Below are positions 20,166 through 29,587 of a DNA stretch of 45,749 nucleotides, piece by piece. The position numbers and the translations under genes were made by a program. Within the stretch, counting starts at the first letter, position 1; each line of letters begins with the position of its first letter. The notes under the pieces were generated by a model that did not search any database, was not told the DNA's origin, and was given only the letters and a program-made list of their open reading frames with translations. This DNA comes from an uncultured Bacteroidota bacterium. Its GTDB lineage: Bacteria > Bacteroidota > Bacteroidia > 2-12-FULL-35-15. Location of the stretch: NCBI GenBank assembly GCA_903870175.1, contig CAIQBY010000260.1:1-45749 (forward strand), read 5' to 3'.

Positions 20166-21986
20166 TTAACCTTTTTTATTGGCTAATGCAATGACAAACT
20201 TATTTTCCCGCTCTTTATCTTCATTATGTTTGAAATAATAAAGTGAGAAATTATCATAATCCGCTTTTAATTTTTCGTAAGAAAAACCGGGTAATTTATT
20301 GGCAATGTAATAATCCAGATACGCCGGAAAGTCGGTGTACTGGAAGTTATCGCCGAGCTTTGCTTTTAACTGTGCAATTAATTTACTGTTGTAAGTTATA
20401 ATCTCTGTCTTGAACTGATATGGAGAAAAGTTAATGTTCGCGTAGCGGAACGTATCTTTTGTAATTGGCCGTGCATGGATAGGGAACACGAAATTAATGT
20501 CTTTGCTTTCGAAATGTTCAATACTGCCGTGCTTTTCATGACCAATACGTTCGCGATGTTCTATTTTTGAATGTGCTATTAATGTATCTGTCAAGCCGTG
20601 AAACTCCTGTATATAACTGAAGTTTGCAAAATATCCCATACAAGCCTGCCCGCCTTTTATAAGCATTCGCGCATCTATGCCTTCAAAAGCAGCATGCAAA
20701 GCCTTGCCCATTTTTATCTCCGCTTCCATTGGATAATAACTCGTGTAAACGTAACGTTCATCTGACACATCGCCGTTCCATGTTGTTATTTCTTTTCCGT
20801 TTGCATCTGTTTTTTTAAAGATATCCATCCTTAAAGTTGTTTCTATAAAACTTGCCAGAATTAATAGACCGAGATATAGATTTACATTTTTAGGTTTTAC
20901 AAGTTTCAGTATTGAATACAGAATTATAAAATAAATAAATGGTGCAATTGGGATGATAAAACGCGCATACATAAAATCGCCGCCTACTTTGGCAACAAAG
21001 AATATTAAATAAAGAATAACAATCTTTACACTTACCAGAAACGCTGCATTCCAGTTGTCTTTTAAAAATTCTTTGAGGTTGTTTTTAAACTTGTTTTTTA
21101 ATAACGGGAAGATGATAAACAGTGGAAGAATTATTGCCAGCAACGAAACAAAATGTGGTTTGAAATAAAGCCAGATGTAATCAAATCCTTTGCTGAAATT
21201 ACTTTCGTCGCCTAATTTATCGTAGTAAGTATTCGGAAAAATAAAACCATAATAATTATATCTCCAGAGGAAATAAGGAATATAAATAACGATAATGGCG
21301 AGGTTGAAAAACAACAGCGTTTTAATGATTTTTACAATCTCCGTTTTCTGAAAAAATAAATTGCAGACAAAAAGCAGATTCGCCAGAAAGACTATCAATA
21401 GTGTGTCAGGGCGGGTGAGCAATGCCAGACATAAAAATAAACCGGATAACATATATCGTTTTGTTTCTTTTATTTCTGTAAAGAAAAAAACATAAAATGC
21501 AGAGCATAATAAAAAACTGAACAGCGACGTTTCGAGCCCCGAAGTTGCCCATGTATTATAATCATAATTCAGCGCGAGCATCAATGTAATAAAGGGAAGT
21601 ATAAATGTTTTGCTCCGTTTTGATATTTTATAAGTGATGATGGAAACTAATGTTAATGTACCTACGGAAGCCAAAATACCCAGTACCTGCACAGTTACCA
21701 GCGGGTCGCGCTTAAGCCATGTAAAAAAACTGATGAGCATTATCCAGAAAAAATCAGTGAATCCTTCTACTCTTTCGCCTTTATTATAAACGAGTCCGTT
21801 GCCCGAAACAAAATTTTGAACGTATCGCAAAGCAATGAAAATATCATCGCCAAGCCATTTTAATTTGTATGAATAAACAATGCTGACGATGATGGCAAGT
21901 ACTGAAATAGCAATAAAAAGAGTGGTATTATTTTGTTTTGCTGCAGGTAAAGGATGTTGAACTTTTGCTTTCGCTTTTGTAGCCAT
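20166..21986 (-). CDS. Polytopic GT-C-fold glycosyltransferase-like membrane protein
   Basis: DDIFIALRY..GLVYNKGERVEGFT loop, SGLET, TRPD, PNTYY, GGDFM..RF; many TM helices. Confidence 0.8.
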   Translation of the reverse strand: MATKAKAKVQHPLPAAKQNNTTLFIAISVLAIIVSIVYSYKLKWLGDDIFIALRYVQNFVSGNGLVYNKGERVEGFTDFFWIMLISFFTWLKRDPLVTVQVLGILASVGTLTLVSIITYKISKRSKTFILPFITLMLALNYDYNTWATSGLETSLFSFLLCSAFYVFFFTEIKETKRYMLSGLFLCLALLTRPDTLLIVFLANLLFVCNLFFQKTEIVKIIKTLLFFNLAIIVIYIPYFLWRYNYYGFIFPNTYYDKLGDESNFSKGFDYIWLYFKPHFVSLLAIILPLFIIFPLLKNKFKNNLKEFLKDNWNAAFLVSVKIVILYLIFFVAKVGGDFMYARFIIPIAPFIYFIILYSILKLVKPKNVNLYLGLLILASFIETTLRMDIFKKTDANGKEITTWNGDVSDERYVYTSYYPMEAEIKMGKALHAAFEGIDARMLIKGGQACMGYFANFSYIQEFHGLTDTLIAHSKIEHRERIGHEKHGSIEHFESKDINFVFPIHARPITKDTFRYANINFSPYQFKTEIITYNSKLIAQLKAKLGDNFQYTDFPAYLDYYIANKLPGFSYEKLKADYDNFSLYYFKHNEDKERENKFVIALANKKG

Positions 21987-22055
21987 TTATTATTTTATTT
22001 GGTTTTCAAATGTAAGGAAAAAAGGAGATTAAATGAGAAGTGTTATAAAACCTCA

Positions 22056-22724
22056 TTAATAGTTTAGTGTATATGTATTGTATGAAGCGGCATAACACAA
22101 TACGGAATCGGAGAAGCTATTAGTAATATTGTTTTTTCTGACAGTCCAATTAAATTTAACTAACTGTGGATCGCAATAACTGAATGGAACATTCAATTTT
22201 AGGTTAAAATTTATATTTTGCCCCGTAATATTCCAGGGATTATAAAGGTTATTACTGGTATAAAAAGCAGGATTTTGAAAGACGATGGAAAGAAGATCAT
22301 TATTGTCAAATGGTGAATTGTTTTTAACAGTCAAATATAATTGAGGCTCATAATAAATTTTAACTGGGATATTTATTTCCTGCTCTTTCCCTTTATGTAT
22401 ATTAGTAACCTGCCATTCAAAAGTTTCCCTAGAGTCATCCAAGAGGAATGAGTATTCCTGCTTAGGTATCGCCGAAAATTTTATTTCATAAAATCCATTC
22501 GCATCAGTGTAACAACTTTTTAAATATTGATAATCAGTACCTGTTTTTACTCCTTTACTTCCTCTAAACAACTGAATTGTTACATTTGGAATTGGCTGCC
22601 CATTACAATAATCAGTTACCTTACCCACAATCCTAGTATTCTCAAACCACCAGTCTTCTCTTTTACATGAAGAAACTAAAATTGTAACAAAAAATACAAT
22701 TAGGATATATTTACTTCTTTTCAT
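22056..22724 (-). CDS. Lipoprotein with carboxypeptidase-regulatory-like beta-sandwich
   Basis: Lipobox VSSC; GKVTD..GQPIPNVTIQL..TDANGFY. Confidence 0.75.
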   Translation of the reverse strand: MKRSKYILIVFFVTILVSSCKREDWWFENTRIVGKVTDYCNGQPIPNVTIQLFRGSKGVKTGTDYQYLKSCYTDANGFYEIKFSAIPKQEYSFLLDDSRETFEWQVTNIHKGKEQEINIPVKIYYEPQLYLTVKNNSPFDNNDLLSIVFQNPAFYTSNNLYNPWNITGQNINFNLKLNVPFSYCDPQLVKFNWTVRKNNITNSFSDSVLCYAASYNTYTLNY

Positions 22725-22759
22725 TATTCAAAACTAATCATTCTTTCTTTGCAACTAAC

Positions 22760-22795
22760 AAAAAATCCCATTATGTATTTTCATAATGGGATTTT
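22760..22795 (-). terminator. Intrinsic terminator of the 22848..23567 gene
   Basis: aaaatcccattatg / cataatgggatttt stem with a T run on the minus strand. Confidence 0.8.
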
Positions 22796-22847
22796 AATAT
22801 CCTGTCAAACATCAATTCGCAAATTCGTATCCATTCGTTATCCGTAC

Positions 22848-23567
22848 CTACGGAATTCGGAAACTTTGCGGTGCGCTCCAGTCGCCTTTAATACCGGTAG
22901 CGGTAACCCATCGGGAACAGGAATAAAACAGGAGACCTGAATATTTTGAGTTGAAAACAAGAATCATCGGTGTACGTGTTCCGTCTTCTATCCGTCCATA
23001 ATCATCAGCACTATCGGGTGGCACAGCAAAAGCAATCACTCCTTGAGCATCAGGCGGCAGCGGCGTACAAATAAAAATAGCTGTTTCCACACGTGCTGCA
23101 CCTTCCGGTTTTCCTCTTTTTTTCACACCTTTAGCATCCGGCTGCTGGCGATAAAATGATTTTACATTTGGAGGATTGCCTGCCTGCATCGCCATCAAAG
23201 GCACAGTTGCAGGTTTGCCTATCTTGGTTTTAGTAGTTTTATGTGGTTTTAATCCGCAATCCGACACATCTCCGTCATCCATCGAATCGTTTGCATAAAT
23301 CCATACTTTCACAAATTTACGCATCCATTTACTAAGATTAGCGCGTGCTATGTCTTTTTTATCCCTTTGAGTAGTGTTGGACTTAGTTTTCTTTTTAGTA
23401 ATCGCATATATTTTGCTCCACGCAATAAGCAAAGTCGCGCCTGCTGCTATTACGGTGGTATCAATATCCCAGTCGGCAGCATTATCCGTTACTTCTTCCA
23501 TTATTTGATTTACAAGCGTATCATACGTTTCGTCGGGTCCGCCAAATTGGTCTGTACTGTCTGACAT
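22848..23567 (-). CDS. Cytoplasmic hypothetical protein: predicted helical domain plus FN3-like C-terminal domain
   Basis: Intact 239-aa ORF with no signal peptide; C-terminal KPEG..T.TP..F..RWVTATGIKGDWS..IP pattern; has its own terminator. Confidence 0.8.
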   Translation of the reverse strand: MSDSTDQFGGPDETYDTLVNQIMEEVTDNAADWDIDTTVIAAGATLLIAWSKIYAITKKKTKSNTTQRDKKDIARANLSKWMRKFVKVWIYANDSMDDGDVSDCGLKPHKTTKTKIGKPATVPLMAMQAGNPPNVKSFYRQQPDAKGVKKRGKPEGAARVETAIFICTPLPPDAQGVIAFAVPPDSADDYGRIEDGTRTPMILVFNSKYSGLLFYSCSRWVTATGIKGDWSAPQSFRIP

Positions 23568-23642
23568 TTTATTATTTATTTAATTGTTATTACTATTATT
23601 ATTAACTCTTTTTCCGTTTTATTAAATTACTTTATTTTATTC

Positions 23643-23831
23643 GGGAGTTCCCTGTTTTTATTTGGGAGCTCCTGTTTTTAAAAAGGGACTTCCCGTTTTT
23701 TATTCAGGAGTTCCTGTTTTTTAAAAGGGAGTTCCCTGTTTTTATTTAGGAGCTCAAGTTTTTAAAAAGGGAGTTCCCGTTTTTTATTTGGGAGCTCCTT
23801 TATTTTATTTGGGAGTTCCTGTTTTTTAAAA
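23643..23831. repeat. Nine tandem 21-bp units, consensus GGGAG(T/C)TCCY plus T/A tract
   Basis: Units start at 23643, 23664, 23685, 23706, 23727, 23748, 23769, 23790, 23811; unit 1 equals unit 5. Confidence 0.95.
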
Positions 23832-23880
23832 TTGCCTCCGATTATTTTTACTTTCAAAACCTTCAATGACCTTAACACGA

Positions 23881-23924
23881 CAAAAGTATTTGGTAAAAAG
23901 AAGAGAAACGTAGGGAAGTCCCTA
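23881..23924 (-). promoter_or_regulatory. -7 promoter (TACTTTTG, 23881-23888) with upstream palindrome TAGGGAAGTCCCTA (23911-23924)
   Basis: Exact TAnnTTTG; 6-2-6 inverted repeat in an activator-like position. Confidence 0.65.
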
Positions 23925-23933
23925 TTTCTTTTT

Positions 23934-24374
23934 TTATTTTTCCTGAGAAGATTTATAAAGCGAAGTAATGGATTGTTTGGAAGTACCGCATCCGGTAGAT
24001 TCATTGAGATTAGTAATAATTATTTCCAGCACTTTTTTTCCAATACCTAAATTATCAGCCGCCAGTTGCACTGTTTTCCCATCACTCAATTCAATAAAAG
24101 CTTTTATATCAAGGTCTTTATATCCTTTCTTTTTACAAAAAACAATAAACACGGTATCAATCTCCGAAAGTTCTATAGGCAGCGTCTTTTCAGATATTTC
24201 CGTGATAACAACAGCAAGCGGCAGGTTATGTTCATCATCATATATTACATTGGATAATATAGTTTGATGAACATACAAATAACATTCTCTCATATTATTT
24301 GCTGAATAAATAAATGTACTTGTAGATTGTTTTTTATTATCATAAAAAATAATTAAATATTCTTTTGTTTTCAT
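23934..24374 (-). CDS. Putative regulator with divergent C-terminal LuxR/GerE-type HTH
   Basis: DIKAFIELSDGKTVQLAADNLGIGKKVLEIIITNLNESTG fits the LuxR pattern L..G.T...A..L.I.......... Confidence 0.65.
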   Translation of the reverse strand: MKTKEYLIIFYDNKKQSTSTFIYSANNMRECYLYVHQTILSNVIYDDEHNLPLAVVITEISEKTLPIELSEIDTVFIVFCKKKGYKDLDIKAFIELSDGKTVQLAADNLGIGKKVLEIIITNLNESTGCGTSKQSITSLYKSSQEK

Positions 24375-24448
24375 AGAAGTAGATTTTAATATTTTCTAAA
24401 AGTAGATATAAAGAACTATCTTTGTTAGATAAATAAAATTTAATAAAA

Positions 24449-25096
24449 ATGAAAAAACTAATTATTGGATTGCTTTTTTTGTCTGTGAACCTATTTGGAC
24501 AAACGCATTGGTATCAGATTAAAGAGAATAAAAATTCAGATGTTCTTCATAAGAAATATAAATGTTATATAGAGATTGACACGGAAATAATTAAAGATCC
24601 TAAAAATGCAATTGTTCATTACAATAATGAATTGCTAAAACCAGAGGGAAACAAGTTTTATATACTTTCAATGGCAGCTAACTTAGAAATTAAACTAACA
24701 GAAAAAGGGAATGCTGAATTTGAACAATATGAAAAAGGGCATAACAAAAAGCATCTTAGTACCAATGACTTTAATCGAATTCACTTAGCGGATTTTTATA
24801 AAATTTATGCAAAACACGATTCTGTTTATATTGGGGATGATTATAAAGAAGGCTATATAGCTTACATAGTCATTGACACTAATAAAATAAAATATTTTAA
24901 GAAAATAAGCGTATTGCTTAATGGAGGGGCAACCTCGCGAATTAAAAATACTTTTGATATTTCATTTAGACCTGCATTCCCTGGTTATATGGACTATAAT
25001 ATTGCAATAATAAATAATGAAAAAATACCAGCCGACACTATTAAATTTACTCACTCTGTTTATGGAATGTGGCCACCTAAAAAGAAAAAACCTTAA
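24449..25096 (+). CDS. Exported hypothetical protein
   Basis: Signal peptide MKKLIIGLLFLSVNLFG-Q; intact 215-aa ORF. Confidence 0.7.
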   Translation: MKKLIIGLLFLSVNLFGQTHWYQIKENKNSDVLHKKYKCYIEIDTEIIKDPKNAIVHYNNELLKPEGNKFYILSMAANLEIKLTEKGNAEFEQYEKGHNKKHLSTNDFNRIHLADFYKIYAKHDSVYIGDDYKEGYIAYIVIDTNKIKYFKKISVLLNGGATSRIKNTFDISFRPAFPGYMDYNIAIINNEKIPADTIKFTHSVYGMWPPKKKKP

Positions 25097-25128
25097 GAGA
25101 TATTAAAAGTTTTAAAGCGGGTAAAAAA

Positions 25129-25797
25129 ATGGTTGTGATAAAAAAATTGGTGAATTACTTCCTATCTATATTAATAGTACTTTTTTCTTTCAGAGGATTT
25201 GCGCAGGATTCAACCAAAACAAAGAAATTAGGTTTGATTGTGAAAGCGGATGTGCCGTTGCCCGTTGCAGATTTAGTTTTTTCAAAAGTAGAAAGAGATA
25301 TGTCGCTAACCGTTGAAAAAATAATAAATAGAAGAAATAGTGTACAAGTGACAGGAACGTATCATTTTATTAAAGCCAATGCCAATTCTCCAGATAGTGC
25401 ATTAGCCAATAGAAGAAATATATTTCAAATTATTCCTGAATATAAATTCTTTATTTTGAAACGGAAAGTTTGTTCGGGTCCTTATGTGGGAGCCTATTTA
25501 AAATATATAAGAGATGAAGAAATTTGGGATGAATGGACTGAAACCATTAATTACAATGCTTATCCTAATACTAAAAACACACACTTTTTTGCTGATTATT
25601 ATTATTTCAAATATGCAATTGGAGCAATTACAGGCTGCCAATTTTATATTAGAAACAGAGTAACATTTGATTTTTTATTTGGTGTTGGAGCCAGTAAAAC
25701 ATTTTTGGTGCAAAAGGTTTCAGGAGAAAATATCGGTACTGTTTTGGGTTCGGATTTGGATGGAAGACTTGCTTTTAATGTAGGATATAAGTTTTAA
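25129..25797 (+). CDS. Outer-membrane beta-barrel protein (DUF3575-like)
   Basis: Signal peptide, IIPEYKFF, GPYVGAY, C-terminal FNVGYKF. Confidence 0.75.
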   Translation: MVVIKKLVNYFLSILIVLFSFRGFAQDSTKTKKLGLIVKADVPLPVADLVFSKVERDMSLTVEKIINRRNSVQVTGTYHFIKANANSPDSALANRRNIFQIIPEYKFFILKRKVCSGPYVGAYLKYIRDEEIWDEWTETINYNAYPNTKNTHFFADYYYFKYAIGAITGCQFYIRNRVTFDFLFGVGASKTFLVQKVSGENIGTVLGSDLDGRLAFNVGYKF

Positions 25798-25852
25798 GCG
25801 AGGATAAATAAATGGAACACCAATAAATTAAGTACTTTTGTAAAAAAATAAA

Positions 25853-26230
25853 ATGTCAATAATAAAATTACCCTTATTGTTTGAAGGCTCCAAAGGAGAA
25901 AAAACATTAGTAGCACTTTTTGATTCGGGCGCTACATTTTCCTGCATGAGTTTGCAATCGGCAGAAGGGTTGGCAACCTTGGAAAAAATGCGCCACCCGT
26001 TAGAAGTAGCAACTGCTTCAATGGGTATTTATCTAAAAATAGAATATGCAATTCGGTTGGATTTTTATTATAACGACATCCGTCTTTCTGATGAATTTAT
26101 GGTAATTCCCAATCTTTCGGAAGATGTAATATTAGGAGTAAACACCTTTCAAAAATGGAGAATCAAATTGGATTTTGAACACGATACCGTAATCATCGAC
26201 CCCAAAGTAGCAAAAGCAATCCTTAAATAA
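25853..26230 (+). CDS. Retropepsin-like aspartic protease
   Basis: ALFDSGATFS catalytic motif, VILGV; -7 element TACTTTTG at 25833-25840. Confidence 0.85.
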   Translation: MSIIKLPLLFEGSKGEKTLVALFDSGATFSCMSLQSAEGLATLEKMRHPLEVATASMGIYLKIEYAIRLDFYYNDIRLSDEFMVIPNLSEDVILGVNTFQKWRIKLDFEHDTVIIDPKVAKAILK

Positions 26231-26236
26231 AACGGA

Positions 26237-28906
26237 TTAATTCAATCCTGTCAATTGTTCTTCAATAGCTTTTATCTTCGCTTCCGCATCAGCTTCTTTC
26301 TTTCGTTCATTGGCAATCAATTCAGGCTTAGCATTGGCAATAAACTTTTCGTTGGATAATTTTATCTGTACAGATTTCAGGAAACCTTTATTGTATTCCA
26401 AATCTTTTGTGAGGCGTTCTTTTTCTTCTCCTTTATTAAGAGCATTACCCAATGGTATAAAAAATTCTCCAAAAGAATTATCATTTCTTTTAACAAAAGT
26501 AATAGCTCCATCAATTACATCATCGGTATATTCAAATGATTCTAAGTTTGCAAGTTTCATAATAATCTTATCGAAATTCCCGCCTCCCTTTGTTTCTACA
26601 CGAACATATAACTTTAGTTGCACTTTAGGAGAGATTTTATACTGCTGACGAATATTTCTTATTGTTGAGATAACATCTTTACACTCTTCAAAAACCTGAA
26701 CCTTATCCCATCTATAATCAACGTTCAATTGTGGCCATTCAGAAATAATTATGCAATCTTTTTCTTCTCTCTTCTTGAGCAAACTCCATATTTCTTCCGT
26801 AATAAAAGGCATAAAAGGATGTAATATTTTTAAAATCCTTTCTAAGAATTCAATAGTAGCATCATAAGTTTTTCTATCAATAGGGAGTGATTTTCCGTCC
26901 ATATATTCAGGCTTAACTATTTCTAAATACCACGCACAGAAATCATCCCAAATTAATTTATATGTTAACATCAATGTTTCACTAATTCGATATTTATCAT
27001 AACAATCATTTATTTTATTTAATTCATTATGAAATTTATTATCGAACCAATCAATGGCAGCTCTATTAATTTCATTAATTTCTAAAGAATCACTTATTTC
27101 CCACCCGTTTACTAAACGAAAGGCATTCCATATTTTATTCGAGAAATTTCTTCCTTGCTCGCAATAACTTTCATCAAAAGGCAAATCATTACCTGCCGGC
27201 GAACACAACAGCATTCCTACACGCACACCGTCGGCACCGTATTTCTCAATCAATTCAATAGGGTCAGGACTATTACCAAGAGATTTACTCATCTTCCTGC
27301 CTTGTTTATCACGCACAATACCCGTTAAATATACATTGGTAAAAGGCTTTGCTCCGCGATATTCATACCCTGCAATAATCATACGCGCCACCCAGAAAAA
27401 TAATATTTCGGGAGCAGTTACTAAATCATTCGTAGGATAATAGTATTTAATATCGGCACCATCAGGGTTTTTGAAACCATCGAAAACAGAAATAGGCCAT
27501 AGCCAAGAGGAAAACCAAGTGTCAAGGACATCTTCATCCTGTTTCAGATTTAGGATTTCAGATTTAGGATTTTGTATTTTGTATTTCTCTATTGCTTCCT
27601 TATGAGTTTTTGCAACAACACAATTGCCTTTATCATCATACCAGGCAGGAATTTGTTGTCCCCACCACAATTGTCGGGAAATACACCAGTCGTGAACATT
27701 TTCCATCCAGTGTTTGTAAGTGTTTACAAATTTTTCAGGAATAAGTTTTATTTCACCATTCAATACATTTTCCAAAGCCGGTTTCGAAATGGTATCCATC
27801 TTCAAAAACCATTGCATCGAAAGCTTTGGCTCTATTACAGCATCCGTTCTTTCTGAATAACCAACTTTGTTTTTGATGTCTTCAACCTTTACTAACTGAC
27901 CCATTTCATCAAGGTCTTTCGCTATTTTTTTACGAACCGCAAATCTATCTTCGCCAATATAGAATTGTGCCGCAGCACTCATCTTTCCATCCGGAGCAAT
28001 GGTATCAACCACTTCAAGATTATGCTTTACCCCAAGATTATAGTCATTAATATCGTGTGCCGGAGTTACTTTCAAAGCTCCGGTACCAAATTCCAAATCA
28101 ATGTATGTGTCAAATATTACTGGCACCGAGCGGTTAACCATTGGAATAATCACACGTTTTCCTCTCAAATGTTTGTAGCGTTCATCATCAGGATGCACAC
28201 AAACAGCAGTATCTCCAAGGATAGTTTCAGGTCGGGTAGTAGCAATAGTTATCCACTCTCCCTCTCCTTTGGAGAGGGCTGGGGTGAGGCTTTCAACTTT
28301 ATATTTTACATAATATAACTTCGAATTTACTTCCTTATGAATCACTTCTTCATCCGAAACAGCTGTCAATCCTAGCGGATCCCAGTTCACCATTCTCACA
28401 CCGCGGTATATCTGGCCTTTATTATATAGGTCAATAAAAACATCAATTACAGCTTCGCTCAAATCATCTTCCATAGTAAATCGGGTACGGTCCCAATCAC
28501 AGGAAGCCCCTAATTTTTCAAGTTGTTTAAGAATAATTCCGCCGTATTTATGTTTCCATTCCCAAGCGTGTTTCAGGAAATCTTCACGAGACAAATCTGT
28601 TTTCTTAATTCCTTTTTCCTTCAGCAAAGCCACCACTTTTGCTTCAGTAGCAATAGAAGCATGGTCGGTACCGGGTACCCAGCAGGCATTTTTGCCCTGC
28701 ATCCGCGCTCTCCTTATCAATACATCCTGAATTGTATTGTTAAGCATATGCCCCATGTGCAGCACCCCTGTTACGTTTGGAGGTGGTATTACTATTGTAT
28801 ATGGTTCACGTTCGTCCGGCGTGGATTTAAAAAATTTATGAGTCAACCAATGGGCATACCATTTGTCTTCTGTAAGTTTTGGGTCGTATGTTTTTGGAAT
28901 ATCCAT
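26237..28906 (-). CDS. valS: Valine--tRNA ligase
   Basis: PPPNVTGVLHMGH, DWCISRQLWWG, DVLDTWFSS, KMSKSLGN, C-terminal coiled coil. Confidence 0.98.
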   Translation of the reverse strand: MDIPKTYDPKLTEDKWYAHWLTHKFFKSTPDEREPYTIVIPPPNVTGVLHMGHMLNNTIQDVLIRRARMQGKNACWVPGTDHASIATEAKVVALLKEKGIKKTDLSREDFLKHAWEWKHKYGGIILKQLEKLGASCDWDRTRFTMEDDLSEAVIDVFIDLYNKGQIYRGVRMVNWDPLGLTAVSDEEVIHKEVNSKLYYVKYKVESLTPALSKGEGEWITIATTRPETILGDTAVCVHPDDERYKHLRGKRVIIPMVNRSVPVIFDTYIDLEFGTGALKVTPAHDINDYNLGVKHNLEVVDTIAPDGKMSAAAQFYIGEDRFAVRKKIAKDLDEMGQLVKVEDIKNKVGYSERTDAVIEPKLSMQWFLKMDTISKPALENVLNGEIKLIPEKFVNTYKHWMENVHDWCISRQLWWGQQIPAWYDDKGNCVVAKTHKEAIEKYKIQNPKSEILNLKQDEDVLDTWFSSWLWPISVFDGFKNPDGADIKYYYPTNDLVTAPEILFFWVARMIIAGYEYRGAKPFTNVYLTGIVRDKQGRKMSKSLGNSPDPIELIEKYGADGVRVGMLLCSPAGNDLPFDESYCEQGRNFSNKIWNAFRLVNGWEISDSLEINEINRAAIDWFDNKFHNELNKINDCYDKYRISETLMLTYKLIWDDFCAWYLEIVKPEYMDGKSLPIDRKTYDATIEFLERILKILHPFMPFITEEIWSLLKKREEKDCIIISEWPQLNVDYRWDKVQVFEECKDVISTIRNIRQQYKISPKVQLKLYVRVETKGGGNFDKIIMKLANLESFEYTDDVIDGAITFVKRNDNSFGEFFIPLGNALNKGEEKERLTKDLEYNKGFLKSVQIKLSNEKFIANAKPELIANERKKEADAEAKIKAIEEQLTGLN
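27542..27583. repeat. 6 x 7-bp repeat (42 bp, frame-preserving) inside valS
   Basis: tttcaga tttagga tttcaga tttagga ttttgta ttttgta; peptide YKIQNPKSEILNLK. Confidence 0.85.
28258..28290. repeat. REP-like GC-rich hairpin inside valS
   Basis: ccctctcc-ttt-ggagaggg (28260-28278) followed by ctggggtgaggc; peptide SLTPALSKGEGE. Confidence 0.8.
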
Positions 28907-29049
28907 AATTTATTACTTTCTTTGCATTTCGAAAAAGAACGGCAAAACTACAAAAAATAAATTTTCTTTTGGATTTTAGATTTTGGCACGGTTTTGGCAA
29001 ATAATTTTTTCGTAAAATTTAATCTTATTAAAACGTTTAGATTTACATC

Positions 29050-29532
29050 ATGAAAAAGGCAATATTTACAATTAGTTCGGTACTTCTGTTAGCTGTGTTT
29101 GCAAAAGCTCAGGAAACAGGAAAAGCTTCAACCCCTGCGTCAACAAGTTTGGCAGAGATAACTTTTGAAACAGATGCTCACGACTTTGGCACTATTGAGT
29201 ATGCAGGTAACGGAACGTATGAATTCAAATTTAAGAATACAGGAAAAGAGCCGTTGATAATCTCGAATGCGAAAGGTTCCTGCGGATGTACCGTACCTAC
29301 ATATCCAAAAGATGTGCCTATTAAACCGGGCGAATCAAATGTTATCAAGGTAACGTATGATACCAAACGTGCAGGGAATTTTACTAAAACAGTTACTATA
29401 ACTTCGAATGCAAAAACACCTGAAAAGGTAATTTCAATTAAAGGAGTAGTTCAGCCTGCAGTTGTAGAGGAAGCATTTCCGGCAAACGGGAAAAAGGATG
29501 ATGGCGCAACTCCATTGGAAAGACATTATTAA
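29050..29532 (+). CDS. DUF1573 domain exported protein
   Basis: Signal peptide; FKNTGKEPLII..GSCGCTVP..IKPGES. Confidence 0.92.
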   Translation: MKKAIFTISSVLLLAVFAKAQETGKASTPASTSLAEITFETDAHDFGTIEYAGNGTYEFKFKNTGKEPLIISNAKGSCGCTVPTYPKDVPIKPGESNVIKVTYDTKRAGNFTKTVTITSNAKTPEKVISIKGVVQPAVVEEAFPANGKKDDGATPLERHY

Positions 29533-29587
29533 AAAGTAATCTCAATAAACAATAACAATAAATAAACAATTAATAAAAAACAGAAAA

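Noticed and set aside
23643-23831. CRISPR or TIGR-type guide array
   Set aside because: The 21-bp units have low-complexity A/T linkers rather than unique spacers, and no cas or Nop-domain gene is recognisable.
23762-24004. ORF with heptad ELPNK repeats
   Set aside because: It overlaps the HTH gene, and the same frame has TAA stops inside the array (23762 and 23678), so the repeat is probably non-coding.
23643-24374. Plasmid iteron origin with Rep protein
   Set aside because: The period fits iterons, but the cores are palindromic, the neighbour looks LuxR-like rather than Rep-like, and the context is chromosomal. Not fully excluded.
22056-26230. Prophage or integrative element at the valS 3' end
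   Set aside because: No integrase, phage genes or att-like direct repeats seen; only AT-rich accessory genes.
25853-26230. Retroelement protease
   Set aside because: Stand-alone retropepsin-like proteases are common in bacteria and no reverse transcriptase is present in the window.
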